The notes beneath the pieces are model-generated. The model ran no database searches. It was not told where the DNA came from and saw only the letters and a list, made by a program, of their open reading frames with translations. From positions 27,533,317 to 27,597,316 of the forward strand of contig NC_068988.1 of assembly GCF_001194135.2 (NCBI RefSeq): 64,000 bases of DNA, read 5' to 3'. The position numbers and the translations under genes were made by a program. Source of the stretch: Octopus bimaculoides (Eukaryota). Below, in pieces: positions 12,715 through 25,409 of the stretch (its first letter is position 1; each line of letters begins with the position of its first letter).

Positions 12715-13262
12715 GGGAGACGGACAGCCAGTTTTATGAAATCAAGTACTTGATTGGTACTTTATTTTATTGACCCCCCGGAAAGATGAAAGGCAAAGTT
12801 GACCACTGAGATTAGAACTCAGAATGTCAACAGCTGGAACAAATGTAGCAAAGAATTATTTTTCCAATGCTCCAAAGATTCTGACTGTTTGCCACACTCG
12901 ACAACAACAACAATAATCCTTTCTGTTATAGGCACAAAGCCTGAAATTTTGTTGAAGGGGTATAAGTTGATTACATCAACCCCATTGCCAAGAATGAAAG
13001 GCAAAGTCAACCTTGGCAGGGTTTGAACTTAGAACATAAAGTTGGATGAAATGCTGCTAAACAGGTTTCAAATTTTGGCACAAGGCCAGCAATTTTGGGC
13101 AAGGTGGTAAGTTGATTACATCGACCCCAGTGCTCAACTAGTACTTACTTTATCAGCCCCCCCCCCATAAGGATGAAAGGCAAAGTCAACTTCAGTGGAA
13201 TTTGAACTCAGAATGTAAAGATGGATGAAATGCCAGACTTGCTAATGATTCTGCCAGTTTAC
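12715..13262 (-). mobile_element. Three head-to-tail SINE B copies
   Basis: ATGAAAGGCAAAGTYRAC occurs three times (~12787, ~12994, ~13172). Confidence 0.85.
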
Positions 13263-13794
13263 AATCTTAATGAAAGTGATAACAACAATAATAGAATAAC
13301 CCTCACAATAGGAAATAAGGACTGTGAGATTGGTTGAAATCTTTATTGGCACCAATTCAGTAACAGAAGATATGAATTCAATAAACGAAGAATATTTCGA
13401 AAACTTACTTGCCATTGTAGCAAAATAGGGAATTAAATTTATTGGATATGGATTTTTTGTTCTGTAGCTGATAATATTCTGATAATTGGGATAGCTTCAA
13501 TTATTGAGCTAATGCTGTTAATAAAGATATGAATTGCCACAGTATTCAATTTCTGCTTCCCATAAATGTGAGACTTTCATGCCTAATTAAGTGCATACTA
13601 AGTAAATGTGAAGAAACAGCTTATGTTCTGTAGCAGCTAGGATGTGCCCTCAACCATTTATGCCTAAAGTCTGCATTTATGATGGCAAATAATAACAAGA
13701 ACAGGCACAATTGAAGCTTCTTAGTATGTGAATGGATTTTCATTAATCCAAATATAATTTACCATGAAGATATAATATATTGTATGTGTTATAT

Positions 13795-14150
13795 CATCAT
13801 CATCATTTAACATTTATGTTCCATACTTGCATGGGTTGGACAGTTTGACAAGGATCTGATGAGCTAAAGGATTGCATCGTGCTCCAGTGTCTGCTTTGGC
13901 ATGATTTCTGCAGTTGGATGTCTTTACTAATGTCAAACGTTTTACAGAGTGTACTGGGTGCTTTTTGCATGACACCAGCACTAATGAGGTCACCATGTAG
14001 CATGCAAGTCAAGAAACCCAGGGAAGGAGGATGTTCCATCTGTATATTAGGTGGGGGGGTTAAAATAAGAGGAAAGAGGCTGAGATAGAGCAGGTTTTTG
14101 TTGTAGCCACATGGCTACTCACATTTGAGAGAGAGAGAAAACGAATTAGA
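13795..14150 (-). mobile_element. Family F repeat (RTE-type 3' UTR and tail)
   Basis: (CAT)n-TTTAAC..CATGGGTTGGACAG..GGATG; the extended 5' part is shared with 20235-20560 and 28480-28866. Confidence 0.8.
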
Positions 14151-14169
14151 GTTATTGAATATTCGCTGT

Positions 14170-15110
14170 ATACTGTGAGACATTTTATATGCAGTCCTTT
14201 ATTATATGCCTTACATCATCTTTTTTCCATATGACAATGAACACAATAAGTTTGTTTGTCTTGGGGAACAATCCCAATGCGCATGCATGTCAATCTGACT
14301 TTCTTTTGGTTTTTGTGTAGGCATATATATTGCTGATCTTGATGTGATGGTTGTAATATTGCTCTAAATAAATAAATAAATATCTGACTACGTTTCTTTT
14401 GACAGACTGAAAGGTCCATTGCCTTTTTTGTTCGTGCAGATTTTATAGAACTGCTAGGTTATTATCATTCAATAATATATGAATCAGATGGCAATAATAC
14501 TATCTCCAGCCTACCTGCATAAGAATTCTATATTTCGATGCTCTGGTTCATTTAGTCTCCTCCACCAATGTGTCCATTATCAATTTCTGTAGGATGTGGT
14601 ACTATACAACAAAAAGGAATTTTGGTCACTGATAAATAGTGTGTGTGATACTTGACAATGAAGTCAAATACAAAGTCTTTATATCGTTTTTCATCCATTT
14701 GCACACCAATATTTCATTGTACACATTTGTTATAAGTGAAGAGAGCTGCTTCTCCCCCCCCCCCCNNNNNNNNNNTCTAAGAATGTTGTCATGAATAGTT
14801 TATTTTTCTCTTTTTATTTTTTGGTGGATGGTTTTCCCTTCAATGCTGTCATTAGCTTTACACTTGTGGAAAGTTGTCAAAGCAAAATGATATAATTTCA
14901 GATAGTGCTTTTGAAGGATTTCTTCAAATCTTGCAACAAGATCTTCTAATTCTCTCTTTCTGCATCAGTTGTGAGGTATCATCCATAATACGCACGTATA
15001 TTGATATTTGTATATGAACACAGTGAAGTGTACATTAAGATTTTTCTTGCCCTGTTATACTTCATTTTTTTTTTTCCATTCAAATGCCTAGCAACCTAAA
15101 TTTAGGACAC
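14170..15110 (-). mobile_element. piggyBac (PGBD3-like) transposase relic, C-terminal half
   Basis: Motifs in the expected order: YHFA(F)DNF, NEILVCKW, HIGGGD, KYRI, IVPQDKQTYCVHCH and GLHIKC. Several stops and frameshifts. Confidence 0.8.
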
Positions 15111-15280
15111 TGACATCTGTGCATATATTAAACCAATGTGAACGATTTATCAATAAATATTGAATGCTTTTTACATTGGAATCTACATGAGAGTAATAAA
15201 TTAAAACTGATAGATAGACAAATAATTACTTGAGAGAAAAAAAAGCGAGATGCATAAATTAAAAAGTTCAGTCATTTTGC

Positions 15281-15731
15281 TTAACCCTCTGATTACCATA
15301 TTTCTGTTGAAAAACACTTCCTTTGTTTTAATTAATTTTGGAAATAATGAAGAATTTAGTAAAATAACTTCATCATTATAAAGCTGGCATTTGAAACATC
15401 AATTAATATGAAATTCTGATAAACGGTTTTAATTTACATCACTTTAACCCTTTAGAATTTTTATTATTCTGTCAAATGTAATGCTTATTTATTCATATTG
15501 TTTTCAATCAATCATGCATTATCTTGTAGCTTTGAAATTTCGATTATGGGATTGTTTACTTTTAGCATGACATTGTAGGGTAGGTGTGAAAGGCAGGATT
15601 TGGCCAGTTTGAGCATAAAACAAACAGAATATTTTGGCTGGATATAGCCAGTTTAAATGCTAAAGGGTTAAAACAGGAAATTTGATCAAAGAACCAGGTG
15701 AGATCTCAGGCAGTTTGGTACCAAAAGTTAA
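15281..15731. mobile_element. piggyBac-type MITE (family E) containing a nested family D MITE
   Basis: TTAA|CCCTCTGATTACC ... GGTACCAAAAG|TTAA outer ends. Confidence 0.65.
15444..15671. mobile_element. piggyBac-type MITE family D
   Basis: TTAA|CCCTTTAG ... CTAAAGGG|TTAA; homologous to 17152-17368 and 47524-47747. Confidence 0.85.
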
Positions 15732-15970
15732 CATGGTGAAATGGCAGAATCATGAGAATGTTAGACAAAGTACCTATGCTCTTTAGTTAGAGCCTTTTAC
15801 ATTCTGAACCTGCTGAAACGAACTTTGTTTGTTGTACTTTTGATATCAATAAATTAACACATTAGTAAGTGAAGTACTGAGCTCAATTTAATATTCCTCT
15901 GAAGCATCCTGGATGTCAATAGAACCATAATACAAAACTAAGATTAAAGTTCCTACAAAGAAACATATAA

Positions 15971-16330
15971 GCGCAGGAGTGGTTGTGTGGTAAGAAGTTT
16001 GCTTCCCCCAACCACATGATTCCAGGCTCAGTCCCATTGTATGACACCTTGGGCAAGCGTCTTCTACTACAGCCTTGGATCGACCAAAGCCTTGTGAGTG
16101 GGTTTGGTAAATGAAAACTGAAAGAAGCCCATTGTATGTGTGTGTGTTTTTGTGTCTATATTTGTCCTCTACCAATGCTTGACAGCTGGTGTTGGTGTGT
16201 TTACATCCCTGTATCTTAGTGGTTCAAATGAGACTGATAGTATAAAAACTGGGGTTGATTCACTCAACTAAAATTCCTCAAGACTGTGCCCCAGCATGGC
16301 CACAGTCTAATGACTGAAACAAAAGATAAA
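15971..16330 (+). mobile_element. SINE A
   Basis: Full-length family A match. Confidence 0.9.
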
Positions 16331-16761
16331 TGAGTATGAGAGTCACAAGCTACAGTGTTTATATTTTCTTTATAGGCTTTGCTATAAAAATCTATAGAAG
16401 TTGTTTGTTGAGTGTTTTCTATTAAAGCACATTATTTTATGACAATTGTCACTATTGGGCTTTATAGAGATTGAAAAGGATGAGAAGCATGAGAGAGTTG
16501 AGCAATAATGTTATGACCTAATAAAAGATATGCATAGACACAATCTTTATTGTTATTATTATTATTATTATTTTGGTGGAGGAAAGGAAATGCCTACAGC
16601 AAAATAATAGTAAAAAATATTTTGAAAATGAGAGTAAGGTGAATCTAGCAACCCACTGTGGCTATGGTGGTGATGGACATAGACAAAAATTCAGAATAAT
16701 TTTCATTTGTGAATGAATAAGTAGTGATACTAACATCTGTTACGCAAATATATATATATAT

Positions 16762-17015
16762 ATCGTCATCATCATCGTTTAACGGCTGTTTTCCATGCTG
16801 GCATGGATTGGACAGTTTGACTGAGGTCTGGAGACCCAGCGGCTGCACCAGGCTCCAATCTGATCTGGCAGTGTTTCTACAGCTGGATGTCCTTCCTAAC
16901 GCCAACCACTCTGAGAGTGTAGTGGGTGCTTTTTTATGTGCCACCGGATTGAGGGCCAGTCAAGGGTGTCCTGGCATTGGCCACATTCGGATGGCGCTTT
17001 TTATATGCCACCAAC
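16762..17015 (-). mobile_element. Family F repeat
   Basis: Close reverse-complement match to the 3' UTR of the RTE copy at 47060-47244. Confidence 0.9.
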
Positions 17016-17151
17016 ACACATATATACTCACACACATACACAGCAAACCAGCAAAGAAATAATTCTGATAGGAATTGAACTCAAACTTTTGGTATCTTAA
17101 CAGACAGCATTGTCATGAACCTCCAAAGCTATAATTAGCAACCAATATCGG

Positions 17152-17368
17152 TTAACTCTTTGACATTCAGATTACTCTTGTCAAATATAATGCTTATTAA
17201 TTCATATTGTTTTTAATTAATCATAGCTTATTTTGTAGCTTCAAGATTTCAATGATGTGATCATGTATTTTTAGAATGACATTGTATGGTAGGTGTGAGG
17301 GGCGAGATCTGGCTGGTTTGAACATAAAATAGGTATAGATGTGATTGATTTAAACGCTAAAAGGTTAA
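17152..17368. mobile_element. piggyBac-type MITE family D
   Basis: TTAA at both ends and internal homology to 15444-15671. Confidence 0.85.
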
Positions 17369-17784
17369 CAGGCTGGTTTGCTACAATTCCTATAAAATAT
17401 CAGCTTGTTGGTTGAGAAACTTGACATGTCTTACCTGCAGTCTTCATATTTCAGTAAAAATATTTTCCTTTTACATTCAGACATTTCAACTACAGATAAA
17501 GCAGTGTGCATGTGACAGGAAGTAATTCACATTATTGCTTAGGGAGTATGGTGCAATTGAATGCAGAGACCTAGTCCTTGGTTGCTACAGCAGTTCTAAG
17601 AATAATAATTTCGCAACATACTATCAAACAGTGCAACATAAATGACTGATATACAGATATCGCTGACCTAATTTTTATATTATCTCAGCCTCGTATCACA
17701 CTCTGTTTCCTGAGATTATCAGCGAAAAAGATAATAGTTATTTTTATGAACTGTTCGGGGCTAAAAATACACACACACGCATAC

Positions 17785-18280
17785 ATATGGCTATGTGTTA
17801 AGAAGTTTCCTTCCCAACCACATGGTTCTGAGTTCAGTCTCTCTGCATGACACCTTAGGCAAGTATCTTCTATAGCCCCAGGCTGACCAGAGCCTTTTGA
17901 ATGGATTTGGTAGATGGAAACTGAAAGTAGCCCATCATGTATATATACGTATATGTCTCTCTGTGTCTCACGGTTTCAGCCAGGTTGGTAACGAAAGGGT
18001 TAAAGGTAAATAAGAATATCAATAATAAAATTGAGAATTGAACTTTCATTCTCTTACATTTTTACCATTTTTTTTTCTTTTTTTAATCATTGTACTGTGG
18101 CCACACTGGAGCACTGCCTTAAAGGGCATCAACAAATCAACTCAGACCACACATACACGCAACAGTTTCTGTCTCACTCGGCATTAGTTAGCCCTGGGCT
18201 ATAGTGCTGCACAGTGAGACTGAACTCAAAACCATGGAGATGCAAAGCAAGTTTCTTAACCACACAGCCATGTCTGTGAC
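17785..18280. mobile_element. Two partial SINE A copies in opposite orientation (17785-17945 +, 18075-18280 -)
   Basis: Family A head motifs on both strands. Confidence 0.75.
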
Positions 18281-20234
18281 CATTCTTAGCAAATATTTTG
18301 TTATAAATCTTTTGAGATAATCCTGTACATATGTGTGCATTGTGTTCTCAACTCAATATCTAGTTTTCCTTTTAAATTATGTAAAACCCTAATGAATGAA
18401 AGCATTATGCTGAATTGTACTTTTTCTTCACTTCTAATCCTTCGGATTTACTTAAAGTTTTTGATAATTTTTCTTTCCTGCAACCAGAACATTATTCTAT
18501 GTGCTGTAGAAGTTCCCATTGTTGTTGTTGTTGTCGTCAATGCTGTCCATTCTCGACTAAGTGGTAGTGCATGAAATGTCAATCCTAGTTTCTTACTGTC
18601 ATGACTTTTAGCGTCCAAATGTGATGTGTGATATTCCTCTGTCAACTGAGTGCCAGGAGATTGCCGATGACAAGAAGTGACTTCTTCCTGAGATGGTATT
18701 CCCTGCTGTTTTCTCTTTTGTTGCTGAAAGACAGTTCTCTTTGTGCTTTTTTTTTTCTCATCCTTTGTTTCCTTGCGATGTACTTTCATTTTTTTTACTT
18801 TCTTTTTTTTGAGCATCACTTCAGGTGTGCATTGTGTAAATAGTAATCACATCTAGAAGAGAGAACCTTAATTCATTCATTGTTGGATTGATAGAAAAAA
18901 AATTATTTTAAAAACTAATAAAAATGCTCTGCTTCATCTTTTTTGCAATTTTCATTTTTATTATTATTTTCTTCCATTCTGATTTACCCCAAGCTATATC
19001 AGTTCACTTCTTTCTCAAACATCTTTTCTCTATCATGCAAAACTTTCATTTTTTTTATACACTGTACTTCTCTTTCTCTCTCTCTCTCCTCCTCTCTCTC
19101 CCTCCTTCTCTCCCTCTCCTTTCTTTTGTAACTAGAATATTCCTAGCTGTCCTACATCAGAATCAATTTACATGTTGGTGAGTCAGAAATTATACATTTT
19201 AAGATGTTCCATTTTAGCATGATAACTTAACATATTCTTTAAATTTGAAACAATTTCACCATTGAGAAAAAAAAAAATTTTTTTCAATTTCAATATTATA
19301 AATTCTATTTTTACTAATGACTGTGCTATAAAAAATTTTTTACACTTTTGCATACAAGGTACTACTTCAGATTTTTAGCCTTTGAGATTACATTTAATAA
19401 TTTTACTAATACTTGTGATTTTCACAAATGCTAGGCTTTAATAAAGTGAAAAATGAGCACCCAACACATTAGCAGCTAACACATCAGAATACAGCAGAAT
19501 ATTTTCACCTATAATGGATTAAGAATAATTAGTATGCATTGTAGAATCAATACTCACCAATATGTTCTGTTAGTATCATACCAATTATCAGCATCCATAC
19601 TTGGCTTCAAAGTTGCCTTCCAACCATTTCATGGGTTTTAATATTTTTCTAATATAGTTCTGCTGTGTTAAGTATTTCGACTGAGTATCTCCTCCAAAGG
19701 TGATACAATGGCTGGTGCCTTGAATCAAAGAATAACATAGCAGCTGGTATCATGATTAGGAAAGAAAAACTTCAAATACTTTGATGGAAAAGCCAAGAAA
19801 TATAATTTTGTTTTTTCTCATCATCATCATTATTATCATAATTTGTTTTATTTCTTTAAAAGATATCAATTTTTTTAATATTTATTCTTCTTTATGCATT
19901 GTAACCCGCAGGGATATTTATTAAATTAGAAAAAAAATTATCTGTTGCATTTAAAATACACGTATCTATGTGAATTTTTACAAGTTTTGAATGTACATTT
20001 TTAATGCAATTTCTATGTAGTAAGATAAATTTGTCAAAATCAATAGTGAAAATGATTAGGAAAAATTTTGTATGAGTTCCATATGATATACTTGTTTTTG
20101 TCTTTGGAATATATTTTCCAAATTTAAATTGTTTTTGCAAATGATAGAATCTGTTGTCTTTGAAGAGAGGCCATCATCTAGGCGGTCCTTTCGCTTATAT
20201 CAATGATGGTGGATCTGAGACATACATGTTAGTA

Positions 20235-20560
20235 GTGGTTACATACTGGCCTGAGTTGGATGATTTGACAAGGATCTGAGGTTGGATGATTTGACAAGAA
20301 CTGCATCATGCTCCAGTGTCTGCTTTGGCATGGTTTCTATGGCTGAATGCCCTTCATATTGCCAACCAATTTGCAGAGTATATTGGGTGGTTTTTTCATG
20401 CTACCAGCACTATTGAGGTTACCATGCAGCTTGCAAGACTACAAAACCCAAGAGGTGGGTGTCCACATGTTAGATGGGGATTAAGGTATGAGAGAAGAGG
20501 TTGAGGTAGAGGTACATAGCCACTCACATTTAGGAGAGAGAGTGAGAATGAATTGGTGTA
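20235..20560 (-). mobile_element. Family F repeat
   Basis: Homologous to 13795-14150; includes an internal direct repeat TGAGxTTGGATGATTTGACAAG. Confidence 0.75.
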
Positions 20561-20819
20561 TCTGCTAGGAGATAAACAATAGCGATGAGGTGTCCAGCTG
20601 ACACCACAGGGTAAGAGGTGAGTAGTAGTGAATGGAGACAGAGAAGCTAGGAGTTTATCAATAAACAATTACCTAAAACTAAAATTCATAAGAGGTAGAA
20701 AAATGAATGAAATAAGAAACAAAGAACACTTCTAATAATGCATTGTTAGCTTTCTTTACTTCTCATTTCATTCATTTCTTTACTTCTGCACTACACAATG
20801 CTTCAAGTGAATTACGTTC

Positions 20820-21055
20820 TTGTAGAATTCATGTGTATATGTATGTGTGAATGGGAATTTGAGTGTTTTTGTGTCTCTTTTGTCTTGGCATAAGCATGAT
20901 TGTTGTAAATGAGCGTCATTCATTTCCAGTATTCCATGAAAAGATGTCTGGTCATGGGGAAATATTACATTGCTCGGAAAATCTGCCTCAATAGATTCTG
21001 TCCAACCCATGCAGGCATGAAAAAGTAGATGTTAAAAGGATGATGTTAATGATAA
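20820..21055 (+). mobile_element. Family G repeat
   Basis: CATGGGGAAATATTAC..AAAATCTGCCTCAA..CCCATGCAGGCATG..GATGAT tail. Confidence 0.8.
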
Positions 21056-21299
21056 TATGTAAATGACTGTTAAAGAAATTTAAATTTTCAAGACACTAAG
21101 CTAAAATACTTTGCCATCACTGGCCGATATTAATTTCCTCTTCTTGCATTGTTTAAAATTTTTTTATACTGAATCTTAACATTGTAAGACAGAATATTGT
21201 TGCCGAGCATAATGTATATTTATGTATTACTAAGTTGGCACTTTCTACAGATAACTTTATTCTATAGATTTAGTGTTCAAGTTTTATTGAATGTAATTG

Positions 21300-21690
21300 C
21301 ACAATCTTACATATTTTATATTATACCAGCAACAGAAGAAGAAACAGCATGTATGTAACTGAGTTGCTGTAATGTATTATTGACTGAAAGTTTCCTAATT
21401 AGTCAAGTTGGTCTACAGATGTGGACATGAATATTTATGTTGCACCATCTCCGTCTCAGATATATTAGAGCTCTAGTACAGGTACCATTCAGGCCTTGTC
21501 AGCAAGACACATCATCATCATCTTCATCACAAGCTCTCAATATATGAATCTGACTTTTTCCCTCTTCCTTAACTCTTCTAATAGCCTCAGTCACTGTAGA
21601 AACAGGTGTAGGGTTATAGTGAACTGTGTATCCACCGCTATCAAGGAATTTTGCTAGTATTGAACTCTCTATTGACTCAGCCATCTTTTA
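21300..21690 (-). pseudogene. Degenerate PIN/H3TH (FEN1/XPG-like) nuclease-type ORF fragment, probably transposon-borne
   Basis: SILAKFLDSGGYTVHYNPT..VTEAIRRVKEEGKS..DEDDDDV, then IYLRR and QQLSYIHAVS-SSVAGI. Resembles the recalled D-A-D / D-T-D-V / HAxSGCDTTS..GIGK pattern, with the DAD and GCD segments missing. Confidence 0.45.
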
Positions 21691-21719
21691 ATTACACCTA
21701 GCAGGTATTTCATCTATTT

Positions 21720-22190
21720 ATGATCTATTGTTTGAGGTGCAATTTTAGCAAGGTTATACTTGTGAGATTGCCAAGAGAGATTACCAGAGATTGTTAGGTT
21801 TAGCATTTGTACAGCTTGTGGGAGTTTTAGCTGTGTGTTGTTCAAGAATAATGTAGCTGTAGTGATGAATGAACATGTGACCCTTGATATGTATAGGGAT
21901 TCGGTCACTGATTTCTTTGCAGACACCAAATCGACACATTCCCATTGGGGGACGTTTTGGAAGGTCTCTGTTCACCCAAGCATATAGACACCACCTGTAT
22001 GGGAAAAGGTTTTGTGGAGTGAAGTGTATTATCATCTTCACAGGAGCGTGCATGGGAAGAAATGATAGTTGAAAGGTTACGTACAGAAGGAAGAGTGTGA
22101 AGGACATTAATCAAAGCCCGAGAGTACAAGACTTGAAGGGTTGTTTGTCAGTGGTTTCCCAATCATTGAGATGACCTTTGTTTGGTTGTG
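21720..22190 (-). mobile_element. Degenerate CR1/Jockey-group LINE reverse transcriptase fragment
   Basis: Across frameshifts: SFTLFLLYV (cf. SPTLFLLYIN), SCEDDNTLHS (cf. SYADDSTLHS) and LTISGNLSWQSH..NLAK. Confidence 0.75.
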
Positions 22191-23269
22191 ATGCAGAAGT
22201 GTGAGTGTGTGTATGTGTGTGTGGCAATCTTCACCATCACAGATATGTGATTATTAATCTTGTATCACATGATTCGAAATGTTTATTATTAATCAAAATT
22301 AATTCTACTCTCGGAAATTGTATTAGACTCACCATTCTCATTAGCATTTTGCTTAAAGTGCATTTTTTTTTTACTGTTTTAAGTTTACTGCATATAATTC
22401 AATGTCTCTCTCTCTCTCTCTCTCCACCTCTTTCTTTTTTGTTAGTTAATATATTTTTTAAATTTTATCTTTTGTTGCAATTGTCAACATTAGAAATTAT
22501 TTTAAAACTTTGCACGTTGATTTCATTTCTTGTTATTGTTGAGGAAGTTCCAATGTCATCATGGTGGTTAGTTAAAAATGTTTGAGGAGTTTACTCGAGG
22601 AGAATTTAGCAGCTAATTCAGCAGATCAAATAGAATCTCCTTCATTGGTTCAATTTTTATTTTCAGTTTTTTCTTTTCTTCCTTATTTCTCTTGGTACTA
22701 CTTAGAAAAAGATGGATCCTGTGTATCACCTAAAGGGAAATATAATCACAAAATGCCAATGTCTAGAAATGTTTAGTTGAAGAGACAAGCAAGCTGCATG
22801 ATACTAAACAAATAGTGTTCTGCTTGGATACAATTTCAAATGAAAGATACCCACTGGCATTAAAGGTTGATATCATTAATGGTACACTCATCGGTTCATT
22901 TGACCTTGAACTTAAAGCAGAACAAGTGAAAGATTTGAAATTGAAGTTGGCTATCATTAATTGCTTAAAACTATATAATCTAGACAGTTGGTTCACTGTT
23001 AAAAGATAGATGATGTTGGTCTTTATAGCAATAATAAAGTTAATGCAAATGATACGCATGTGTGTGTATAATTTAACATGATTTTATACTCATTTTTTTA
23101 TATTTAACATAAAACTTTGGAATTCTCTGATGAAGTACAATTATCTTCTTTCAGTGGTCACAGATTGGTTGGCCTTTCACTTAACTGCTCTTGCTTCAAC
23201 CTAGAAAAATGTAGATGCCCATGCTCATGCACACACACACAAACTATCCATCTGTATGTGTGTATTTAT

Positions 23270-23625
23270 ATCATCATAATGTCCATTTTCCATGCTGGTA
23301 TGGTTTGGCTGGTTTGACAGGAGCTAGTCAGGTCGTGGGTTGCACCAGCTCCATTGTCTGTTCTGGTATGGTTTCTACAGCTGGATGCCCTTAATAACAC
23401 CAGCCAGCACCAACACTTGTACTTTTTTTATGTGGCACCAGCACCAGGTTGGTCTGTTTAGTTCCCCTGTAACTTAGTGATTCAGCAAAAGAGACTGATA
23501 GAATAAGTGCCAAGCTTAAAAAACAAAAAAAATAGCCACTGGGGTCGAGTCATTTAATTAAAAGTTCTCCAAGGCAGTGCTCCAGCATGGCCACAGTCAA
23601 ATGACTGAAACAAGTAAAAAGATTA
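23270..23625. mobile_element. Family F (-, 23270-23450) joined to a SINE A 3' half (+, 23455-23625), just upstream of the RNF38-like exon
   Basis: Family matches. Confidence 0.8.
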
Positions 23626-23710
23626 AGACGATGGTGATGATGATAATCACAACTTTTGTTTTTACTTTCTGTTAAATGACTCATTTGCATTTTAATTTTT
23701 TATTTTACAG

Positions 23711-23904
23711 AGTGAAAGTCCTAGTAGAAAACGTCGTAAAACATCAAACACTGTTGATATAGAACTTAGAAATTCTCCTAGCCCCCCTCCATCTCGACCA
23801 TGGGAAGTGAATAACGAAACAGTACGATTGGTGCGGCGTTGGAGTACCTCACATCAAAGAAGAAACTCTGCCGAAAACTGCATAACTCCTAAACCCAGAC
23901 TTAG
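23711..23904 (+). CDS. RNF38: Internal coding exon of an RNF38/RNF44-like RING E3 ligase gene (194 nt, phase 0 in, phase 2 out)
   Basis: Polypyrimidine tract plus TTTTACAG acceptor and AG|GTAAGT donor. Open frame SESPSRKRRKTSNTVDIELRNSPSPPPSRPWEVNNETVRLVRRWSTSHQRRNSAENCITPKPRL(R) resembles recalled human RNF38 SEDSPSPKRQRLSHSVFDYTSASPAPSPPMRPWEM...CNTPARNRR. The RING-domain exons are not in the window. Confidence 0.8.
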
Positions 23905-24679
23905 GTAAGTTCCATCTTTGTGTCTCAATAAAATTACCAAATTCTCTACATCTATCCGTGTGTGAGAAAATCATTTTAAACACTCCAGAAAGAAAGAAAA
24001 AAAATGATTGTCATAATTTTTTTTTTATTGTATTATTGATTAATTACCAACTACCTGTTACAGGTAACTTTTGTTTTATCTTCTCTTTTTTCCCACCTCT
24101 GAGGTCAATAAAATAAAGTGCTGGTCTAGTAGTGGAGTCATTGTGATAGATTAGCCTCTTTCTCCTTAAAAATGTGCTAGCTTTGTGCCAAAATTGGAAA
24201 CAACTATTATTATTATTACTATTATTATTATTATTGAGTGGAAAAGCAGTGCATACCATCAAAGTGACACTGGGGTACAAATATAGAAAGCCCAATTTAC
24301 CCATCATGACTACCCATCTGATAAGGGTACACCAGGCACATGCTTCACAACCATATGTGCATGACATATCTAGATAAACAGCACATGACTTTGCAGGTGG
24401 GGCCCAGTTAGAATTTTCTTCAGGTTGAGTAGCCCATCCTGCTCCAAAGGTCCCTGAATAAAGGTTGTCTAAGGATGTTGAAGAAAACGCCTACGTTTCC
24501 AGAGGTGAAATATTGAAACCCCAAAGAATTCCTCTCATCATGGCTATGATGTTCCCCCCATTACTTCTGCTCGTGATCAGAGATGGCACTTATCATCAGC
24601 CACCAAAGGACATGCTCAGCTGGTTATGGTCAAACAACTGACAAGCAAATCTGTGATACTATTATTATTATTATTATTA

Positions 24680-24900
24680 ATGCAGCAAACTGGCAGAGTC
24701 ATTAGCACACCAAGCAAAATGCTTAGCGGTATGTTGTCTGCTGCTACATTCCAAGTTCAAATTCCACCGAGGTGAACTTTGCCTTTCATTCTTTCAGGGT
24801 TGATAAATTAAGTACCAATAAAACACTGGGGCCAAAGTAATCGACTTACCCCACAAAAAAAAACTTCCAGGCATTGTACTTATAGTAAAAAAGGATGATT
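24680..24900 (+). mobile_element. SINE B
   Basis: Family match, flanked by (ATT)n tracts. Confidence 0.85.
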
Positions 24901-25409
24901 ATTATCATTATTATTATTATTATTTTGTTCTGTTTTGGTTGAATATCAGAAGAGACTGCTGGGTTGGTATTTATCAAGCTGGATGGTTTCAGTAATATAG
25001 TCATTGTGTTTTTTGAAAAAACACTATTATTAATGCGTGTGATTAACAGGAAGTAGTTACTGGGATGTTTTATCTGTATATTTTTAATTGGTGTACAGCT
25101 TATCCTTGTTAATTAATTCTTGACAGGTGGTTGAAGTAAAATTGCATGACCAAACCAGTACTACTTAACTTTGTTCGGTCTCTAATTGAATGCACAACTT
25201 TTTTTCATTGCACTGACATCAAGGTTGGTGCTAACCCTAAGCTTATTAACTAAAGCTCTTGATTATCAAGTCGGCTGAATGTTGTCGTGTTGTTGCACCT
25301 TTCTTCCAACTGACCACTAGGAATAAAATCTAAAGTCTATTGCCAACTTGCACTAGCTTTTCTTATTCTCCTCTGTTTGCATTACAACTTAGCTTTATCA
25401 CTATCAGTA

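Noticed and set aside
18448-18819. 123-aa Lys-rich minus-strand ORF
   Set aside because: Composition follows poly-T and (TTG)n tracts on the + strand; no family recognised.
19400-19800. Minus-strand coding-like text and a TTG|GTGAGT donor
   Set aside because: No sustained open frame or convincing acceptor; at most a very old transposon relic.
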